Below, piece by piece: positions 57,014 to 64,000 of a DNA stretch of 64,000 nt. The stretch comes from Histomonas meleagridis 2922-C6/04-290x (Eukaryota > Protista > Parabasalia). The stretch's first letter is position 1, and each line of letters opens with the position of its first letter. Position numbers and translations under genes: made by a program. The notes beneath the pieces are model-generated. The model did no database searches, was not told where the DNA came from, and worked only from the letters and a program-made list of their open reading frames with translations. The stretch lies in the NCBI GenBank assembly GCA_020184695.1, contig JAANOX010000029.1, positions 1-64,000 of the forward strand, read 5' to 3'.

Positions 57014-60000
57014 TTAACTATCTTTTCCTTGTCTTTCCTGAAGTAAATTTATTGTTTCTAATTGTCCAAAAGTATAAGCTTTCATAAGTGCAGTTTTAAA
57101 TGAATTAAACGATTTCCAAAAGATAAAATGATATTTTAAATCATTAAAATAAAGATTAAATAAAGTAAATAAATATCTTTAGTATTTACATCAATTCCTT
57201 CTTGTTCAAGAAGTAATTTAACAATTTCAGTTCGATTATATTTAGATGCTTTCATAAGAGCTGTTCTAAATAAATTAAACAAGTTCCAAAAAATAAATTG
57301 ATATTTTAAATTATTATAATAAATTATATCTTTAGCATTTATATCAATTCCTTCTTGTTCAAGAAGTAATTTAACTATATCTATATGGTCACCTAAAGAT
57401 GCTCTCATAAGTGCTGTTTCAAATTTTTTATATAATTTCCAAATATTATTTTGAAAATTTGAAATATTTGAATAAATCTGAAATAGAATTAATAAATATC
57501 TTTTGCGTTAATATTTATTCCTTTATTTTCAAAAAATAATTTAATAATTTCTGTGTAACCATTCATAGCTGCAATCAAAAATGCTGCTTTCATTTTTTTA
57601 AATATATACCAATTATTTATTTGAAATCTGAAACAAGGAAAATAATCTTCAATTTATATGAAGAATTACTTTCAACATTAAAAATAATTTCCTTTTGTGC
57701 CAAAAGTAATTTAACAATTTCTGCATGGAAATTAATAAATGCACAAATTATGGCTGTTATAAATTATTTAAAATATTTCCATGTGTTATTTATAATTATC
57801 AAATTATTAAAATAAAATATGTTTTGAGCATTAATATCGATTCCTTCTTGTTCAAGAAGTAATATGACTATTTCGTTCATATTTTGATATGATGCCCAAA
57901 TAAGTGCTGTTTGATACAATATAAATATAATGCAAATCATATTTTAGAACCCAATGTTTTAAATATTGATTTTAATTAATAATAAAAAAAATCTTTAGCA
58001 TTAATATCAATCCCTTTTTGTTTAAGAAGCAATTTAACTATTTCTGTATAACCTTTACAAGATGCCCATATAAGTGCTGTAAAAAATAATTGAAGTAATT
58101 GCCAAACATTATGTTAAAACATTAGATTTTACATATAAACAATAAAAATAAACAATAATATTATCTTTAGCATTAATATCGATTCCTTTTTGTTCAAGAA
58201 GTAATTTAACTATTTCACTGTGACCTTTTTCAGATGCTCTTATAAGTATTGTTATAAATATTTGAAATAATTACCAAATATTGTTTTGAATTATCAAAAT
58301 GTTAAAATAAATTTTAAATAAAACAAACAAATATCTTTTGCATTAATATCAATTCCTTCTTGTTCAAGAAGGAATTTAACTATATCTCTATGGCCTAAAT
58401 CGTATACTTTCATTATTGCTGTTTTAAATAACTTCAATAATTTCCAAATATTTTTATGAAATATCAAAATGTTAATAAAAATTTCAAAACATTTAAATGT
58501 ATATCTTGAGCATTTATATCAATTTCTTTTTGTCCAAGAAGCAGATTGATCAATTCTACATTTCCACATAAAGATGCAATCATAAATGTTGTATTGAATA
58601 ATTTAAATAATTTCCAAATATTATTTCGAAATATCAAATTATTAAAATAAATTTTAATTAAAACAAATAAATACTTTTAGCATTAATATCAATTCCTTTT
58701 TGTTCAAGAAGCATTTTTATGATTGCTATATGTCCTTTAAAAGAAGCCCACATAAGTGCTGTGTCAAATAATTTGAATAATTTCCAAATATTATTTTTCA
58801 ACAATAAATTATTAAAATAAAATCTATATAAAACAAACATAAAACCTTTAGCATTAATATCAATACCTTTTTGTTCAAGAAGTAATTGAACTATTTCTGG
58901 ATAACCATTCCAAGATGCAAATATAAGTGCTGTTTTAAATAATTTAAATAATTTCCAATTATTATTTTGAAATATCAAATTATTATAATAAAATTTTAAT
59001 AAAACAAATAAATATTTTTAGTATTAATTTCAATTCCATTTTGTTTAAGAAGTATTTTAACTATTTCTATATGACCATTTTCAGATGCTCTAATAAGTGC
59101 TGTCAGAAATAATTTAAATAATTTCCAATTATTATTTTGAAATATGAAATTATTAAAATAAATATAAAATAAAGCAAATTAATATTTTTAGCATTAATAT
59201 CAATTCCTTTTTGTTCAAGAAGTAATTTAACTAATTTTATCAAACAAAATTTTGATGCTATCATAAGAATTGTATTAAAAACTCAAAATAATTTCCAAAT
59301 ATTATTTTAAGTTTTTAAAATATTTTAATACACATTAATATAAATAAAAAAATATTTTTATCATTTATATTAATACCTTTTTGCTTAAGAAGAATTTTGA
59401 ACACTTTTTCGTGACCATATAAAGATACAATCATAATCGCTGTATTAAATAATTTATCTAATTTCCAAATATTATTTTGAATTTTTAGATCATTTTAACA
59501 AATATCAAATTAAAAAAATATTAATCTTTGATATTAATATCAATTCCTTCTTGTTCAAGAAGTAATTCAACAATTTTTTTATTTCCACATAAAGATGCAA
59601 ACATAAGTGCTGTATTAAATAATTTATCTAATTTCCAAATATTATTTTGAATTTTTAGATCATTTTAACAAATATCAAATTAAAAAAATATTAATCTTTG
59701 ATATTAATATCAATTCCTTCTTGTTCAAGAAGTAATTCAACAATTTTTTTATTTCCATAATAAGATGCAAACATAAGTGCTGTTTGAATTAATTTAAATA
59801 ATTTCCAAATATTATTTTGAATTTTTAGATCATTTTAACAAATATCAAATTAAAAAAAATATTAATTTTTGATATTAATATCAATTCCTTTTTGTTCAAG
59901 AAGTAATTTAACAATTTCTGTATAACCTTTTTCAGATGCCCAAATAAGTGCTGTATTAAATAAAATATATTAATTCCAAACATTGTTTTGAAAATTCAAA

Positions 60001-61255
60001 TTATAAAGAAAAATATTAAATAAAACAAATTAATATCTTTGGCATTAATATCAACTTCTTTTTTTTCTAAAAAATATTTTACAAGTTCCACATTTCCAAA
60101 AATAAAAGAAAATGGCAAACAAATTTTTGGAAGTTGACTTTTCTTTAGAAAATATTTAGCTAAAAATAAATTAGATGTTTCTATTGATTGATGAATAATC
60201 GAATCATTGATTTTAAGTAACAATTTTTTTAATAAAAATGAAAGAATCTCATAGTTATCATAAAAAATACATTTTTCTCCTAATTTTTCTAAATTATTAA
60301 TTTCTTCAATTTTACTTTCATAAAGATAATGAAAAATATCATTTCGATGAAATTCAATTGCTGCTTCATATGCACCTTTAAATGATGAATGATTGTGTTC
60401 ACATAAATGAATGATTTCTTCATTTCCACCTGCAACTGCATATTTACCTGCATTTTCTAATTTTGAACCATTCATAAGTAAATATTTAAAACATTTAACT
60501 GATCCAAAAAATGCTGCATAATCAATTAATGTAACCTTTTCTTGATTAATAAATGTAAATCTTTCATATAGTGATGGTTCAATTTCTTGGTTAAAATCAA
60601 AATTTGTTTGTGATAATATTTCTTGAAGTTTTTCTATTTCATCACGTGGAATTGTTTTTGATATTTCATTTGGATTAATTCCTTTTTTAATTAATTTTTT
60701 ATGTAGTTTAAAATCATTCTTTGAAAGCTCATTGTAATTTTCAATTATATATTTAAAAAATCGGAATTTATGAAGTTTATATAATGATTTTTTAGAAATA
60801 TAATGCATAAAATAAAGCCTGATTTTATTTTTAATAATTTTTGATTCAATTATTTTATTTTCAATCATTTTTTCAAGAAGATAATTTGCTTCTTGTTCAT
60901 ATATAGATAAAAGAAATTGAACAAAAATTTCAGTAATTTTATTATTTAAAAAATCTTTTTCTTTCATTTCTAATTCACTCAAATATTTAAATATTATTTT
61001 ATAATTATTTTTTGATTTAAAATATGCGTATAAAATTCGACATATAATAAAATTAAATGTATATGGAAAATCTTCAGGATAATATTTCAAAGAATTTTCT
61101 ACTGATATAATAATATTATCTTCATTTAAATCAAAAATAATTTGTTCAAGGCTTATTAATATTTCGAAGTTTCTTTCATATCTCTCTGTGTGAATCTGAC
61201 TTTGATTTACTCCCATTTGAAAAAAATAAAATGGAAAACCGCCAAAAAAAGTCAA
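57014..61255 (-). CDS. DUF3447-type ankyrin-repeat gene (locus E), predicted about 1015 aa after removal of 70 micro-inserts
   Basis: 407-codon 5' block (61255-60035), 17 stop-free 90-nt ankyrin blocks and a terminal repeat ending at TAA 57014-57016, separated by 18 spacers that decode to x-x-G-x loops. Confidence 0.75.
57095..60034 (-). repeat. 170-bp periodic ankyrin/spacer array (18 spacers)
   Basis: Spacer lengths are 13x80, 2x81, 1x82 and 2x63 nt; all intervening blocks are exactly 90 nt. Confidence 0.95.
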
Positions 61256-61439
61256 TTTTATAAACTAAAAATCTCATGTATACTAAAAAGAAAATATTAG
61301 AGAAAAGAAAAAGATGTTTTCAATTTCATAACATTTCTATATAATTATCAATAGTTTTTTATTAATAACAAATACATTTCGCAGGAGATTTCTTACCAAT
61401 TAAATCCGCGATGTTGGTATATGAATTTTTTAATGTAAG

Positions 61440-62250
61440 GGAAAGAGCTGTGTTAAACAATTAAAATTATTTCCAAATAGCATCGTGTTATTTAAATTAA
61501 CATTATCTATAACATTAATATCAATATTTTCATTATCAAGAAGTCCTTCAACTATTGGTAAAAAGCCATTTTCAGATGCCTTCATAAGTGCTGTTTAAAA
61601 TATTTGAGTATAATTATATTTGTTCAATAAACTTATCTTCTTTGATAAAATGTATGTTAATAAATATGAAAAAGATTTAGTTAAGTCATTATGTTGTGAT
61701 ACAGAAAAAGAATTTGATTAAGAAAATGAATTTGATTGACTACATGTATTTGACATAGAAAAAGTTTTTCCTATGTGAGAATGTATTTGATTGAGAAAAA
61801 GAAAATGTTGAAATTGGTTTGCAGATTCCTTTATTATATTCACTGACAACAGGCATATTTTCAAATGTATTACTTTGATATGTTAAATAATATTATAACC
61901 TGTATTGTAACATAAAAAAATTGCATTTACATCAATTCTGGTGATAAATATCCATAAAAATAATTACATTGAAGATTCTCACAACTTCCAAATGCAGAAT
62001 CACCAATAGCTGTTAAACCAGAGCCAAGTGTTAATATTGTTAAATTATAACGAATCGCAAATGCATAACTACCATTTAATTTGTAATATTTTTTAATGAT
62101 GAGCATAAAGAAAATGCTGAATCGTAAATTTCTGCTACATTTTCACCAAAAATAATTGTTTCCAAATTAAAACACCACAAGAAGAAGAATATACAAATGC
62201 TATTCAAGAATCAATAAAAAACACAAGAAGCTGTATAAAAACTTAACAGC
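61440..62250 (-). pseudogene. Degenerate BspA fragment abutting an ankyrin fragment
   Basis: Minus strand shows LRR-like LGSGLTAIGDSAF, S/T stalk-like repeats near 61690-61800, then TALMKASENG...NENIDINVID with a partial spacer; ends approximate. Confidence 0.55.
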
Positions 62251-62323
62251 GAATGAAGGAAACAATATCATATAAATTATCATTTTTATAATTTCACGCT
62301 TAAAAAGTTTAAAAGTTTCATGT

Positions 62324-63247
62324 TTACTCTTTCTTATTCTTGAACATATTTCGTGACGATCTATTCGTTGCCCTCACGCCGAGTTTGTTTGCCATCAACA
62401 AATTGCATTCGAGTGCTTTTTCTTGTGGCGTTTTCTTCAAGAATTCCTCGCCATCCATCAGCGGTAAGAATTCGATTTCGACAGTGAACATTGGGAGACA
62501 CAGTATTCGCCACAGCCATTCTTTGAATCCGCCGACTGCCCACACGATGCCTGCGCCTCCGTACGCGAAGAACTGTCGGTAGCGAATTGTTGCGCATTGT
62601 ATTGGCGCATGTGCAATGAATGAACCAGTGCGGAACTGGAGGAGGAATTGTCCCTTCGTTGTCTTGCCCTCAGGTGCAAGAACCATTGGGCGCTGCGTGT
62701 CGCTCTCTAAGTACTCTGTGATTTTCTGCGATGCGCCTTCGTGCTTGGAACGATCAACAAATACTGTGCCATTAGCTGTGAGAATATTACCAATCAAAAA
62801 GGCCTTCTTAAGCTCCGCCATACCAAGGACTGTAAAGGGTTTGAGTATGTAGATAAGTGGACCATCAAGTACTGTTTGATGATTGAAAAGAATACATTTG
62901 GCTTTGGGATCAAGCTTCCCTTTAAATGTAAGCCATGAAAGACCAAGTAAAAAGAAGGCAACACGGAAATATACACGTGATAGATTAATACCAAAGTTGA
63001 GAATGAAGGGAAATTTATGAAAAATAACAGACGGAATAACTAAAATGGCATAAAGAATAGTAACACCTATAAGAAGAAGAAAACGAAGCCAACCAAAACC
63101 TAAAATAAATAATATAACTTGTATGATTCGATCTTTGGTTGTGGACTTGGTTGGAATAATACCTTTGTTGAATTCTTCATCACTGATTTCAGATAATTTT
63201 GTTTGGTTTTGAAGTTTTGGATCAAATGTTGGTACTAATGTTATCAT
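62324..63247 (-). CDS. Lysophospholipid acyltransferase (LPCAT/PlsC family)
   Basis: NHQTVLD (HxxxxD), VFVDRS, APEGKTT and FRTGSFI motifs; N-terminal TM. Confidence 0.9.
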   Translation of the reverse strand: MITLVPTFDPKLQNQTKLSEISDEEFNKGIIPTKSTTKDRIIQVILFILGFGWLRFLLLIGVTILYAILVIPSVIFHKFPFILNFGINLSRVYFRVAFFLLGLSWLTFKGKLDPKAKCILFNHQTVLDGPLIYILKPFTVLGMAELKKAFLIGNILTANGTVFVDRSKHEGASQKITEYLESDTQRPMVLAPEGKTTKGQFLLQFRTGSFIAHAPIQCATIRYRQFFAYGGAGIVWAVGGFKEWLWRILCLPMFTVEIEFLPLMDGEEFLKKTPQEKALECNLLMANKLGVRATNRSSRNMFKNKKE

Positions 63248-63448
63248 GATAGAACGAATTTATTTTTTTAAGGAAGTGTTGAGCTATATTTCACATCACA
63301 TGTCGTTCGATGTTTTTTACATATGATTTTTCAAAACAAAAGCAATTTATGAATAAAAGATCATTTAATAGTTGGATTGTTTTAACAATTACATAACAAA
63401 AAACATTTTTTTGTATATTTATTACATCGAATCATTTTTCACACAATA

Positions 63449-64000
63449 CTACATTGGTCCCATAAAATGATTCTGTGGCATGAAGCCAGGCATGTATCCA
63501 TTCGTAGCAGCAACGCGTGCATTTTTGTTCGATATTGCGCGCTTCAGTTCAGATGTGCTCATGCCGAAGAAATGCGCCATCATTTGCATGTCCATGTTTG
63601 AGAAGTTTGAGATTTGTCCAGGAGGAGCATATGTATTTATTTGTGATTGCTGTACTTTATTGATTTTGGGTTTTCTTTGTGAACTTTTCGCCTTCACGAT
63701 TTTAGCTGGTGGAACATTTGGTGGAACTATTGTAAAACTATGATTTGAATCATTATTATGTTCTGATATATGAACATGAGGATATCGATTTTTTGGAATT
63801 GGTTCAAATAAAAATTCAGTTAAAACTGAATTATCGTCTTCTAGAAATGTGCTAAACTTTGGCACGTTACGTCCACGCTTAAAAGATTTAGAACCATCAA
63901 AAGGTTCTTTTGAAAATTTATCAATGTTAATCAATGGTGGAGGTGAATATTTGGAATCAACAATAAGAATGTTACTCTCTGGTGGCGGTGGTGTGGTTTC
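63449..64000 (-). CDS. Hypothetical protein, 5'-truncated by the window edge
   Basis: The reading frame of ORF 63449-63934 stays open to base 64000 (ETTPPPPESNILIVDSKYSPPP). Confidence 0.6.
   Translation of the reverse strand, partial: ETTPPPPESNILIVDSKYSPPPLINIDKFSKEPFDGSKSFKRGRNVPKFSTFLEDDNSVLTEFLFEPIPKNRYPHVHISEHNNDSNHSFTIVPPNVPPAKIVKAKSSQRKPKINKVQQSQINTYAPPGQISNFSNMDMQMMAHFFGMSTSELKRAISNKNARVAATNGYMPGFMPQNHFMGPM

Noticed and set aside
57095-60034. CRISPR-like array or prokaryotic repeat
   Set aside because: The repeats are ankyrin-coding blocks in a eukaryotic context, with no cas genes.

Overview
AT-rich nuclear DNA of a parabasalid protist (Trichomonas/Tritrichomonas-like), judged from BspA surface proteins, trichomonad-type Myb, DUF3447-type ankyrin genes and M3/CCTTT core promoter motifs. 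Housekeeping and hypothetical genes are intronless: RPS6, UBL-RPS27A, DRS1/DDX27, exportin-like, WDR11-like, DAW1/ODA16, a TBC Rab-GAP, a Qc-SNARE, an LPCAT-like acyltransferase and a bromodomain protein. They are interspersed with BspA copies, pseudogenes and a mariner nested in a pogo-like element. Main observation: in the ankyrin genes, the 4-codon beta-hairpin loop (D-x-x-G-x-T) of nearly every repeat is replaced by an 80-nt spacer that parses as 4 x [17-nt AT-rich insert + 1 codon]. Removing the 17-mers rebuilds consensus loops (AKDNDGETAL, AIDDYGKTPL, AKDEYGKTAL) and turns the apparently shattered gene at 57014-61255 into one predicted ORF of about 1015 aa containing 70 inserts. The inserts lack GT-AG ends and show exact 17-nt presence/absence. 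This suggests a non-canonical micro-intron, translational bypass or DNA-excision system with 3-nt micro-exons; the mechanism is inference and needs RNA/protein data. All parsing and counts were done by hand.
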